Below the pieces are notes generated by a model. That model was not told the origin of the DNA. It saw nothing but the letters and a program-made list of their open reading frames with translations, and made no database searches. Positions 50,910 to 64,000 of a stretch of DNA of 64,000 nt are shown in pieces. Origin of the DNA: Eledone cirrhosa (Eukaryota); assembly GCA_964016885.1 (NCBI GenBank), contig OZ024764.1, positions 25,916,001 to 25,980,000 on the forward strand, in the 5' to 3' direction. The position numbers were made by a program, and so were the translations under genes. Each line of letters begins with the position of its first letter. Position 1 is the first letter of the stretch.

Positions 50910-52100
50910 ATGGAAAATAAATTAAGTGAGAAGAAGATTAAATGGGAAACATTGTCTAAAGATATGGCTATTCCAGAAGAGATACCAAAGTCTAGAGGAG
51001 AGAAGCCATATCACTGTGATGTCTGTGGTAAATCATTCGTTGTAAGTAGTCACTTAACTAAACACTTACGTACCCATACAGGTGAGAAGCCATATCACTG
51101 TGATATCTGTGGTGAATCATTCTCTGTTAGTAATAACTTAACTAGACACAAACGTACCCATACAGGAGACAAGCCATACCACTGTGATATCTGTGGTAAA
51201 TCATTCTCTCAAAGTAGTCCCTTAACTACTCACAAACGTATACATACAGGAGACAAGCTATATCACTGTGATATCTGTGGTAAATCATTCTCTCAAAGTA
51301 GTCACTTAACTAGTCACAAACGAATACATACAGGTGAGAAGCCATATCACTGTGATATCTGTGGTAAAACATTCCCTCGAAGTGGTACATTGACTAAACA
51401 CTTACGAACCCATACAGGAGACAAGCCATATGTCTGTGATATCTGTGGTAAGTCATTCGCTCAAATTAGTCACTTAACTAGTCACAAACGTATACATACA
51501 GGAGACAAGCCATATCACTGTGACATCTGTGGTAAATCATTCTCTGTAAGTAGTCACTTAATTAGTCACAAACGAATACATACAGGTGAGAAGCCATATC
51601 ATTGTGATATCTGTGGGAAATCATTCTCTGATAGTAGTCACTTAACTACTCACAAACGAATACATACAGGAGACAAGCCATACCACTGTGATATCTGTGG
51701 TAAAACATTCCCTCGAAGTGGTACATTGAGTAAACACTTACGAACCCATACAGGAGACAAGCCATACCACTGTGATATCTGTGGTAAATCATTCTCTGAT
51801 AGTAGTAAGGTAACTACTCACAAACGTATACATACAGGAGACACGCCTTACCGCTGTGACATCTGTGGTAAATCATTTGATAGTAGTACCTTAACTAGAC
51901 ACAAACATATACATACAGGAGACAAGCCTTACCACTGTGACATCTGTGGTAAATCGTTCTCTGTAAGTAGTGCCTTAATTTCTCACAAACGTATTCATAC
52001 AGGTGAGAAACCATACCAATGTCATATCTGTCATAAATCATTCTCTGTATCAAGTAGTTTAACTAGACACAAATATACCCATACATGTGAGAAACCATAA
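50910..52100 (+). CDS. C2H2 (Kruppel-type) zinc-finger protein, 396 aa, 13 tandem fingers, uninterrupted CDS
   Basis: 13 CxxC...HxxxH fingers with TGE/DKPY linkers; candidate splice acceptor ttttcttatttcag ending at 50532; AATAAA at about 53081. Confidence 0.92.
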   Translation: MENKLSEKKIKWETLSKDMAIPEEIPKSRGEKPYHCDVCGKSFVVSSHLTKHLRTHTGEKPYHCDICGESFSVSNNLTRHKRTHTGDKPYHCDICGKSFSQSSPLTTHKRIHTGDKLYHCDICGKSFSQSSHLTSHKRIHTGEKPYHCDICGKTFPRSGTLTKHLRTHTGDKPYVCDICGKSFAQISHLTSHKRIHTGDKPYHCDICGKSFSVSSHLISHKRIHTGEKPYHCDICGKSFSDSSHLTTHKRIHTGDKPYHCDICGKTFPRSGTLSKHLRTHTGDKPYHCDICGKSFSDSSKVTTHKRIHTGDTPYRCDICGKSFDSSTLTRHKHIHTGDKPYHCDICGKSFSVSSALISHKRIHTGEKPYQCHICHKSFSVSSSLTRHKYTHTCEKP

Positions 52101-53045
<945 letters not shown>

Positions 53046-53749
53046 CCCAAAATAGTGCCACCAATGTTGTTAATATTTTGAATAAAACTTGTTTATTCTG
53101 AAATTATTCTCCTTTAATTTTATTTGTAGAAGTTGTAGCCAAGACTTGTGCTGACAAAACTGTATGGTACAGAATTTACAAACAATATATATATATATCA
53201 CATTCATATAAATTTATCCTTATAAGTATACCTATCAATTAATTTAATTTCTTGTTATAGATCTAGATTCCTTGTGGTTTAAATAAGATTGGTATTTTCC
53301 TTCGTTTTTAACATTATTCTTTAATAACATCAAATTTCCGTGTACCCTTCACTGGCTTGACCTCTTCATCCCCAAAGTATTCTTTTCATTCAAAGTATTC
53401 TTTTCATTCAAAACATAAGTCTGCATTCCTCTACCCCTAAATTAAATTTCTACTACCACTATTCTATCAACTTGACCTCTAACTACTTTTCTATTGGTCA
53501 ATTCAAAACCTGTTCCCAAACCTTTTATATTAAATCTTTGTTGGTTTTTTTTCTATAAAAAAAATCTCATCATTTCTGAAGACAGCATGTATATGTGTAG
53601 GTATGTATATTTCCTCTGATAGTTTGTAATATTTTTACATAGATTTATATGATATACATACCAACACACATATACATCCTAGAAACGATCGTAAAATGAT
53701 GAATTTTTTAATATAAGGAACTTGTTCATTGTTTTTATTAATTTATGTG

Positions 53750-53783
<34 letters not shown>

Positions 53784-53785
53784 TA

Positions 53786-54013
53786 CAGACTGTCAACCGA
53801 CATTCTGCCAGATTTGTCTGTTGGAAAGCATGCAATCTCTCCATTATGCGAGTGCTGCATGAGCTTACGCAAGCCATTTGCAGATTTTTCTCCCAGTTGC
53901 TGGGCCTCGATTCTATTTTGCTTCTTACTATACTGTTCTATAATGTTTCTAAGTTTAGATCTAGCTATACTAAATTGTGCTTCAAATCTGGCAGAATGTC
54001 GGTTGACAGTCTG
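53786..54013. mobile_element. MITE with 31-bp perfect TIRs and an apparent 3-bp TTA TSD (Harbinger-like TSD)
   Basis: cagactgtcaaccgacattctgccagatttg / caaatctggcagaatgtcggttgacagtctg; tta on both sides. Confidence 0.8.
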
Positions 54014-54016
54014 TTA

Positions 54017-56340
54017 AACTACATCCAGGCAATGCAACCCCACATCACTAACACAAGAGAAATAACACCACAAGAGCATGAGGATAGGGAAAAAACCCTC
54101 AATGCCCATATGATGATGTGGACAAATATAATGCAGCCCAACAAAAGGACTGCCAACAACTTCCAGGCCTGGAACAATGACGTGCCAGCGTTGTGGGCTT
54201 TGAAAAGACCATAAAACGAGCAGTGACCCTGTCACGGGACCACCAACACGGCCAGTCTGTGAAGCTAACATTGCTAGTAACTACAGACTTTCCTACTTCC
54301 TCTCCCTGATCATATGCCCCATCATTGAAATGTCCCCAGATATATGTGACAGCACGAAGGACCTCCTCAGCAGAATCAGCGAAGGTAACCGATCTAGGGA
54401 CCTAACAAACTGCATAATAGGTAGTATGGATGTTGTGTCCCTATATCCATCTATTGACATGGATTTTGCTGTGGAGAAATGCGTAGAAATGATCAGTGAG
54501 AGCAATGTTGAATTCCGTGGGATTGATACCAGTGAGCTGGGACTCCTACTTATACTTATAGTAATAATTATCTAGATACATATGACCTTAGCAACCTGTG
54601 ACCTACAAGACCAGCAAGAGGCAGACCACCTACCATTACCTCAATGGCCAAGAAAACCCTCACAGATAGATGGAACGGGTGGACCAGAGCCATACGGACC
54701 CCCGAAAACCACGATGAACTAAAGAAAATGATTGCACATGTGGTGGGGGCCAGTATAAAATTAACCCTTAAGGAACATATGTTCAAATTTAATGGAAAAA
54801 CATATGCCCAAGAGGAGGGAGCAGCCATTGGTGTTAGCATTGCAGGTGACAGCTAACCTATTCATGGTATGCTGGGACAATAAACTTAAACTTAAAGAAC
54901 AATTAGAAGACAGCTTAACCCTGATAATGTACTCCCGCTACGTAGATGATATAAACATCGTAGTAAAAACACCTCCACTAGAGAAAAACACAATGGAAAG
55001 CATCCAGCAAATAGTTAACTCCATCCACCAGAGTATTAGAGTTACTATAGACTACCCAAGCAAACACCCCAAGCATCGATTACCTGTACTAGACACAGAG
55101 CTCTGGTTAGATACCATTAATAACAAAAAACAAATCTTCCATTCCCATTATGCCAAACCCATGACTTCCAAATATCTGATCCACCGAAACTCAGCTGTTT
55201 CGGACCACACCAAAATCAACATACTGATTGCGGATTTGATACGGGTGATGAGAAACGTGTCCCGCATGTGCAACCCCAAAGAACTAGAGAGACACATACA
55301 ACACTTCATCCACCGTATGCAGTTCTCTGGTTACAATCAGAGAGATAAAATCAGAGTGTATAGAGGAGCCAGAACCAAATGGGAAAAAATGGTAAATAAT
55401 GATACAAATGGGACCTGCCCCTTGTATAGGAGCAAATTTTGGAATAGAATAGAAAGAACTAGGAATAAGGTTAATAGAATAAACTCATGGTATGATAGCA
55501 ATAAATACCAGAGTGTAATGTTCATCAATACAACCCCTAGAGGTGAATTAGCTTACAAATTCAGAAGGGCCCTAGATAAACATAAACTCTATTAAGATAG
55601 TAGAAAGACCAGGTACCTCCATAAAAACACTTATTAGCAATACATACTCTTTTCAAAGACCCTCATGTATAGATAAGAAATGTATAACCTGTAAATTAAG
55701 CCCCCATATTAACTGTAAAACTAGAAATGTAGTATATAGCATAAGATGTACTGAAGGACAATGTAGAGATAAGAATATAGTGTACATAGGTGAGACAGCT
55801 CGTAGTATAGGAGAATAGATAAATGAACACTGGCGAGAGCTTCAAGATAGTAAAGAATCATCTGTACTCTACCAACATGCTAAAATAGAACATATGGGTA
55901 AATTAGAGAACATAGAAATAAAAATAAAATCTACACACAGAAAAGACGCAATGTTTAGACAAATCACAGAGGCAATAAACATAAATGAACTCCAACCAAA
56001 ATTAAATAGAAAGCATGAATGGAACAGCAACATCACAACTTACACTTAAGGATAAAATGAAAACACACACACATAGAACAAACAACCAACCAGTAACATG
56101 TAAATAAACAAATATAAACACACACAGACACCCGGATGTAACACATGCGCAAACTAAGCACACAACAACCAAAAACAAGATGGCGTAGGACAGAACAAAG
56201 GAAAGGCACAAAAACAAAGAAAAGAATCCCCAGTCACTGAAGTGGTCACAGAATGTGTGACGAAAGAACTTTGACAATATATGAACAATCGTCTGGTTGT
56301 GGAACCAACCAACCAACCGTAAATTTATAAATTCCTAAAT
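54017..56340 (+). mobile_element. Second Penelope-like element (different clade), 5'-truncated, multiply disrupted RT plus GIY-YIG
   Basis: SMDVVSLYPSID, FNGKTYAQEEGAAIG, SRYVDDINIV, RLPVLDTEL, and at about 55600-56030 CKTRNVVYSIRC..YIGETARS..EH..RQITEA..LNRKHEW. Confidence 0.85.
56233..56275 (+). ncRNA. Hammerhead-like motif with a variant core at the 3' end of the second PLE
   Basis: guca CUGAAGUG gucaca-gaaug-ugugac GAAA g aa CUU ugac. Confidence 0.55.
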
Positions 56341-56462
56341 TTATAAATTTAATTTATAATAAATTGAAGTGAAAGCAACTGGTGCGTGTGTTTCTTATTG
56401 GCAACATACCCTCCCAAAGTATAACAATATATATATATATATATTTGTACATATATAAGTAA

Positions 56463-56469
<7 letters not shown>

Positions 56470-56493
<24 letters not shown>

Positions 56494-57230
56494 TGAGGAT
56501 GTCTGTCTGTGTGTGTGTAAGTTTGAATCCCTAAAACTCGAGAACCACCCAACCGACTGTTTTCAAACTTTACACATGTAATACTTATGTTTCAGGGAGT
56601 CTTCTGAGCAAAAAGTATCAAATTTTCTATGCCTTAGGGACCACATTAGGCGATTTAGCGATATCTCTCTATAATTCTTAGTCTTTCTGTTTTTAGATAG
56701 ATACATACATATAACCTCGCACCCTTATAATATCTGTCTGTATGTCTGGTTGTCTGCATTATGTCACTTCCCTGAGGATGTGGGTGTGTCTGTGAGTTTG
56801 AATCCCTAAAACTTGAGAAGTACCCAACCGATTTTTTTCAAACTTTACATGTGTATTACTTATGTTTCAGGGAGTGTTATGCACATAAAAAAATTCATCT
56901 GCGTTTTTTTAACAATTTAAAAAGAAAATCCAACTCTATTATGGCCTAGGGCCAGCATTAGGTGAAAAACTTCATTTTTTCAGCCTCTTAGTGTTTCTTG
57001 GAGGCGTTACGTCTAGACGATTTTCCCGAAATTTCAAGGCATATTATGCACATAAAAAAAATTCATTTTCTTGATCCCTAGGGCCCACATTAGGTGAAAA
57101 CCTGCATTTTTTCTGCTTCATCGAGGAAAATCTTAAAGATTATACAGCCATCAGAGATTTTGGTTAATTTTCTTTACATATTGTCCAGGCATGCAGTTTT
57201 TCCACGATTAGGTCTAAATTTAGAGATATT
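56470..57230 (+). mobile_element. Helitron-type non-autonomous element, 5' portion, with an internal duplication
   Basis: Start resembles the 9216 element; cccttataatatctgtctgtatg shared with about 9420-9465; 56492-56650 duplicated at about 56772-56970. Confidence 0.5.
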
Positions 57231-57279
57231 TTGTTTGATCTTTACAACAGTAAAGAAGAACAAATAGAAACATACAATA

Positions 57280-59720
57280 TAGGGGAACAGTGGGAGTTCC
57301 TGAAAGAAACTTTGCTGAAGGTGTCAAACTAGATCTGTGGCTGGAGCAGGGCTTCAGAGAGAAGGAGAATAACTTGATGGTGAAATACTAGGGTAGATGA
57401 GACAGTTAAGGCCAAGAGACAGGCATGGAATAATGGTAAAATGGGGGAAGCTGGAGGGTACACTACCAGGAAGCTAGGCAAGAAGTATTCTTTGTAAGGA
57501 GAAAAGCAGCGAATATATAATTTCAGCTGGTTTTATGATGTGAGGACGAAATACATGAGATGTTCAGGATTGTGAGGCAGTGTGTGAGGAAAAATTGTGA
57601 TGTTGGGGTAAAGTGTGTCCAGGATGATAATGGGGCTTTTGCCCTCACTGATGCTGAATAGGGTCAGCTGAAAAGTTCATAGGCAGTTATTTTTCAATAT
57701 AGTCCATGGAAGGAAACAATGCAGTTACAAATAAGAAGAGTTGAAATTAGTGCAGGCAAGATTTCACAGCTCTAGTATCATACTATCATTGATAGTCTAT
57801 GAACTTTTCAGCCAACCTTTGTAACATGGAAATGCCTTTATGAAAGATTACTGAATGAGGAGAATGCATGGGAAGAAGATAGTCTACAGAAAGTGGGCCC
57901 AAAAGAGGGTCCATCCATACAAGTAAGCAGTAGTGTAGTAAGGTAATTAAGGATATGAAGACAGAGAAAGTATCTTGTCCATTGGTGATAGTTGCTGAGA
58001 TACTGAAAGTATCTGGGGTGGTGAGGTCACATCTTAACCACTGGTATCGTACAGCATGTAATACAAAATGGTGTCATACCAAATAAATGGTGTAGTATCA
58101 TCATCATCAACTGCTACAAGGGCAAAGGAGATGTACTAGAGCTAGAAAACTATAGAGACATTAGATGGACCACTTCATGAAGATGTTAGAGTTATAACAC
58201 AGCTGATTAGGGACCAAGTTAACCTAGATGAGATGAAGTTTGGATTTGTGCCAGGTAAAAGTACCACTAATGTCCTCTTCCTTGTGTGGCAACTGCAAGA
58301 GTAGTACCTAGCTAAAATAAGCCCCTCTACTTGGCATTTGTTGACCAAGAGAGAGCTTTTGTGAGACTTCCCCGTTCCATAATCTGGTGTGTAAATTAGA
58401 AAACTAGGGGTGTATGAGTGGCTTGTGAGAGCAGTAAAAGCCATGTATGGAGGAGCAGTCAGTAAGGTTAAAAGTAATGATAGCTATAGTGAGGAGTTGA
58501 GTGAGCAAGTCTATCAGGGCTCTGTTATTAACCCTCTTCTGTTTATTATCATCCTGCAGGCTATTACATAAGAGTTTAAAACTGGCTGTCCATGGGGACT
58601 CCTGTATGCACATGATTGAACCCTTGTCACTTAATCTATGGTAAAATTAGAGGAGAAATTCCAAACCTGGAAGTATGGCCTAGAATGAAAATGTCTTAAA
58701 GTTAACTTGGCAAAATAGAAAGTAAAACAAGGCCTATATCCCCTTAAGAAAATGGCCTTGCTCAGTCTAAATGAAAGGAGTAGGTAGAAATTCCAAACTA
58801 TGGATAAACAAGAGATGTAGTGGAATCTCAGTGAGGCTTGCAAAAGAATGTAAGTTTTGTATGTGGCTGATGCACAAGAGCAATAAGTAGCAAGAGCTAA
58901 CAAAAAAATAAGCTACTTTAACCCTTTAGCATTTACATTACTCTATATATACTATTGTATTTTTGTGGTAAATGCTTTATCTTACATAATTATCTCACAT
59001 AATATCGAATCTACAAGATTTTGATATTATTTATATTGAGAACAATACCTTAATGTCGGTATGAGTGGCCAGTTATGGCCGGTTTGAACAGAAAGATGAG
59101 AGAGTATTCTGGCTGGATATGGCTGGTTTAAATGTCCAGAAGGCTCTGTAGAAACCGGTTCATAATTTCTGTTAACTAGATGACCAAATTAACAGTGGAG
59201 GTGGGTGTTCTGAAGGTACAGTAACCTGAGTGAGAATGGGATGGAAATAGTTTAGGGAGCTACTACTACTGCCTACAAAATGATTTCCCCTGAAAGTGAA
59301 AGGCAGATTGTATGAAGTCTGTGTACGAACAGCAATGTTACATTGAAGTGAGACCAGGGAAATATATTCAGAGGACCTATAAAGACTGGAAAGAAATGAA
59401 GTTTACATGATCTGATAGATGTGTAATAGTGTGCATGAACAACAAGCATTGATAAACTGAGAGAGAAACTAGGTATAAGAGAGGTCAGATGCAGTGTAGA
59501 GGAGAGGAGATTGTGGTGGTTTGGACATGTGATGTATATGGAAGATGACAGCTGTATAAAAAGGTGCAGGGTTGTCAAAGTCGATGTTAACTATGAAAGA
59601 TGAAGACCTAGGAAAGCTTGGGATGAAATAATAAAAGCTCACCTTGCCCAATTAAACCTCTCAATGGAAATGTCACAGGATCGAGACCTCTGGCGTCATG
59701 CTGTACTGTAGAAGACCCCC
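57280..59720 (+). mobile_element. Old degenerate RTE LINE (ORF2 to 3' end), interrupted by a MITE
   Basis: Remnants of CYKGKGD..NYR, FGFVPGKSTT, QGSVINPLLFIIILQAI, LREKLGIREVRC..RLWWFGHVM; many stops. Confidence 0.75.
58922..59133. mobile_element. Second copy of the piggyBac-type MITE, right TIR truncated
   Basis: ttaa|ccctttagcattt... colinear with 52784-52990. Confidence 0.75.
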
Positions 59721-60219
59721 CCCCCCTCCCCATGTGCTGAAATCGAAATAAAACAAACATGTAGAGAACACACTAGTCTGCACGAATCTTCTCTTCACCC
59801 CTCCCCATTCATAAGGCCCTGCCCTCACCTGCTAAATATCCCACACACCTCGTTGATGCTACAACAATAAAAACACCCAGTTCATCCTGTAAGGTGGTCA
59901 TACAAAAGTGTGCAGTCCACATTGTAACGTGTTTCGTGTTAAGAAGAGCATCCAGCCTTAGAAACCAAACCAAAATACACATCCATATGAGACCTGGTCT
60001 CCACACCTGACATGTCTCATAACGTGACAACCTATTTAACCCATACAGGTGTGATAAAAATGAACGTTAAATGATAATGTTGAAGATGATGATGATGGTA
60101 TATATAAACAAACGTAGTAAAGTACCAAGGGAGACAACTCCAACTTTGCTCAATTTAAATCCCATGTTAGTATGATTGAGCCGACCTATAATTAAAGTTG
60201 TTCCAGCCGTGACCATCAT

Positions 60220-60257
<38 letters not shown>

Positions 60258-61079
60258 GTGTGTGTGTGTGTGAGTAAACTGCAGAATATGGTCTTTGTAG
60301 GTGTAAGACAGTAGAGAGTAATATTTGGGTGCTATTTCTACCAGGTCAAGTAACCAGGTAGGAGACTCCCTCGTTGATACGTAATAAATCACCAACATCA
60401 TATTGTTCTACCACCAAGTCACTCTCCTCATCCATGTATATATCTTTTTATCATTATCCTTTTCTCAAATATACACACATGACGACACACATGCAAATAT
60501 TATGCATGGATATGTTAACTGGTAGCTGGAGAGAGAATAATATAGATGATAAAAGTCTATCTTCAGCAACAAGTGCTATATTGTCTCCCATGTTGAAAGA
60601 TATTATTTTACAATATAAGAACTTGAAACTAAGACTAACTGATGTATAGAATAGAAAGACCTAGATGTGAAAAGAAGTGGAAATTGTGCAGATTGAAGAT
60701 TGAAGATTTGACCGATGTGAAGAAACTGGAAAGATGTGTTTGAAAAGAGTGAAGAATGCAGTCCGTAGGAAAGACATCCCCGAGAGCTAGAGCAAGGTTT
60801 TAAGAGTTAGAAAGAGTAGTTGTTGATTGTTCCTGTGAAAAGCAATGAAGTGGAAGCATAACAGACGAGACAAGAATGCAGACCCAGCAGTCGGAGTTAA
60901 GCAGCGAAGCAGATGCCAATATATTATTAAATATTAGAGAATCAGTTTGTTCTTATTTCATGTTTTATTGCGAAATGGTATTGTTGAAAGCTAAAGACAA
61001 TATAGCGTTTGTTGAAGATGATGTATATTACTTTCTATGCAGAAATAAGGAAACATTTGCACAGTCATCTTCATGATCA

Positions 61080-61830
61080 TACGTTCGCTTTCAAGTGTGG
61101 GACATGTACTATTGAGCACCACCTCTCCGCTTATACCGGTCGTTGGTCACCTCGTTGATCGTTAGCGATTTGAGGTCTGCTCTCACCACCCGTCTATGTT
61201 TTTCCTAGTCTTCCTTCTACTGGAATTACTTGGCACTTGTTTACCCAGCAAACCATCTTATTCTTCTCTCCAGCACTCCACAACTCATGCCCATTTTCTC
61301 TCTCAACTCATCTCTGCTCGGTCGTCGACACACATCCAACGGAGCATGCTTCCTTCATTTCTTTCCCAGCCTTGGCATATTCTCTGCAATTGCTGGCCAT
61401 GTCTCACTTCTTCCAACCCATCTTTATTGTAGATACTGTGGCCTCGTAGTAGCCTCCTCTCTTTCTAATCTGCTCATCTATGTAGCGGAAGGTACGAACC
61501 ACTTGTATAGAACCCACCTTCATTTGAAAACTGTTTCTATCACTGGTACTTCTACTGTGAAATTTCTCTCTACATGTAGATTCAACTACCTGTTTGCTTG
61601 CTATCCCACTACATATGTTGTGTACTCCAGATGTGCATTGCGTAGATTTTATAGAATTTATCCCAACTCCTTTTCAACATAGTGAGCATGTTCTCTTTTC
61701 TAGATTCTTATTGTCCTCTTGCTTCCAACTACTGTTTCCATAGACAGCATTTCTTCTCTAGCTTGTTTACTGATTCTGCTATAAGAACCAGATCGTCATG
61801 GACAGCCAGTTTTAAACGCATCTGTTACTG
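61080..61830 (-). mobile_element. Degenerate RTE LINE 3' fragment
   Basis: Minus-strand remnants resemble the 28780-29890 fragment (ERNEGSMLRWMC-like, GRPRKT-like). Confidence 0.55.
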
Positions 61831-63324
61831 ACAGCACCTCTACAAAGCGTACACTGCCCTCACAAGACATTCCTCAACACCTAGTTTGGTTAGGCACCAC
61901 CAGATGACAGATCATGGTAACCTACCAAAGGAGTTGTCTGTCAAAAAAATTAATTGCTAAGATGGATTACATTGCCACCGGTTATATTTTATATATTTCG
62001 TAAGACTCGTTTGATTAAAAAGCTTAATTTTTTATTTCTTTTTACTCTGACATTATTAGTTGTAGCTCTGATAAGTTTAGCTAGATTGCTAGCGTTGAAA
62101 TAGTTGCGCTTTAGTTGTGATGTAGGTGTTGTAAATTCCGGCTGTAAGTCGTGGGGGTGTAGTATATTGTCATGTATGTGTACATATGTCTATGTATGTA
62201 TACACGTACACATGTTGTTATTGTGTATAGTGTTTTTGTGTTTATACGTCTACAAATGTATATGCAATATTTCAATTAGCAAAGGGAGTTTACTCTTGGA
62301 TATTTTAATAAAATTACGAGTTGTTTCCCCTCTTATCAGGAAATTTAGTTTGATAAAACTGAATTGTCAAGGCTGGTTGTCTCGGTCAGTGCTAAGCGTC
62401 TGTTGAAGACTAGACATCGAAATTACGATATACAAGTACACACATCCATGCATGGATATGTTGTCAAGTAGCTGGCGTGTGAGAATAATGTAGATAATCA
62501 AAATATATGAACACTCGCTATATTATCTCGCACTTTTATGGATATGTTTTTGCAATATAAGAATAGGAAACGAAGAAAAACTAATTCACTGAATACTGTG
62601 TGATGCAGGCAAAAGATGTTGAAATTGTGCCGAATTAAGATTGAAAATTTGACCGATGTGGAGCAGCTGTGGAAAATGTGCATGATGTAGTGAAGAATGC
62701 AGTCGGTAGAAAAGACATCCCCGAAAATAAACATAGAAAATAAAGTACCAGTAATACACTGGGAAATTGCTGGCCTTGTGCCAAAAGGAGAAACATTTTT
62801 ATTTGAATTATTGTAAAATAAAGAAAAGTTAGGAGTAGAAAATAAAAAGGCGAATGATTCAGATGTTTATCCTGTGTTTTGTCTTTTAGTCATTTTATTT
62901 CTTCATCTCATTTCATTGTATTAGAGTTTTAATTAGATATTTGTCATTATTTATTAAATCCCATTGCCAAAACAGACGCGCTTAATCTCAATTTTGATTC
63001 TAAATCACTTTGATATTAATTATCCGTTTGTTCCTTTTGTTGTTGTTGTTTTAGCCATCCGTTTATCACATAATGACAGCAATAACAACTGAGATAACAT
63101 AAAAACAAGAATGTGACTTGTATATTTTTGGGTGGTGCTGGAGCTCTCAAAGAAAATCTTCAGGGAATCTTGGAGAAATGTCGTGCCCAATCAAAGTAAC
63201 AACTTAGGATACGACTTACCCCCCAAATAACCCGGGAGGTGTGGAGTCTACAGTAATATACTACTTTCAAAGTGTAAGATACACGCTAGAATTGCGTGCA
63301 TGCAGGCATTACATAAATTTGTTA

Positions 63325-63372
<48 letters not shown>

Positions 63373-63705
63373 CAACTCGCTTTCCACTGATTGACCTCGA
63401 TGTCACGTGATTGATTCTTTTTGAATTTGCCACGGACGTAGAGACAGTGATTTTCTCAATGGCTAGGATTTCAGTCCACGCTTCGCTATTTCCTCTCCAC
63501 TGAATTATTTTTTTAATAAGTTTCCAGAGTCCTCGCTATGCCTGGAAACTTACATGAAAAGAGACTTTCCTGACGACGGAATGCTTTTCTGTATGTTCTT
63601 CGGAAAATATATTTACTCCATTCCAGAAACTAATTAGTTGGAAGTGATATTTTAGTAAGTCAATTTTAAAATTTTTTTATAATTTTATAATTTTCTTATC
63701 TTACG

Positions 63706-63777
<72 letters not shown>

Positions 63778-63778
<1 letters not shown>

Positions 63779-63965
63779 TTGTTTCTACTTTAGGCACAAG
63801 GCCAGCAATTATCCAGTGCATTACTGGTACTTTATTTTATCGACCCCGTAAGGATGAAAGGCAAAGTCAACCTCGGCGGGATTTGAACTCAGATCGTAAA
63901 GGGACGTAACTATGCTGGAAAGCATGGCGTCCGACCCTCTACCGATACTGCCAATCCACCGCCCT
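63778..63965 (-). mobile_element. tRNA-derived SINE, full length
   Basis: Reverse complement of 23638-23823, apparently identical. Confidence 0.9.
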
Positions 63966-64000
63966 AGGGAGATTTTACATAATGAAATCTATAGCTCTAT

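Noticed and set aside
60490-62725. Diverged ~280-bp duplicate (60490-60785 versus 62445-62725)
   Set aside because: Real similarity, but no termini, ORF or structure to classify it; probably an old dispersed repeat

Overview
AT-rich, microsatellite-dense eukaryotic DNA. The tandem C2H2 zinc-finger genes with [15 protein letters not shown] fingers, the tRNA-derived SINE families and the RTE/CR1/Tx1/Penelope/Gypsy load suggest a coleoid cephalopod, probably an octopus (inference). Host genes: one intact 13-finger C2H2 ZNF ORF (50910-52100) and one frameshifted ZNF (about 25224-26300). Most of the rest is mobile DNA. This includes a young non-autonomous LTR element (1565-3692) and a 3'-truncated CsRn1-type Gypsy (about 5011-8705). 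A near-full-length Tx1/L1-clade LINE and a 5'-truncated CR1-like LINE both sit inside a MITE-derived 72-bp minisatellite. There are also two unrelated Penelope-like elements, Helitron-type non-autonomous elements, MITEs, SINEs and RTE remnants. The most notable signals are RNA-level. (1) Three minimal type-I hammerhead ribozyme motifs. One caps a TSD-flanked Naiad-type Penelope element whose 5' end looks like an inversion starting at the ribozyme cleavage site. (2) A 32-nt tRNA-Trp primer-binding site that runs past the usual 18 nt and has a mismatch exactly opposite m1A58. (3) A tandemly arrayed RTE-derived non-autonomous element with a candidate HDV-like ribozyme at its 5' end. All structures were read by eye; no alignments or database searches were run.
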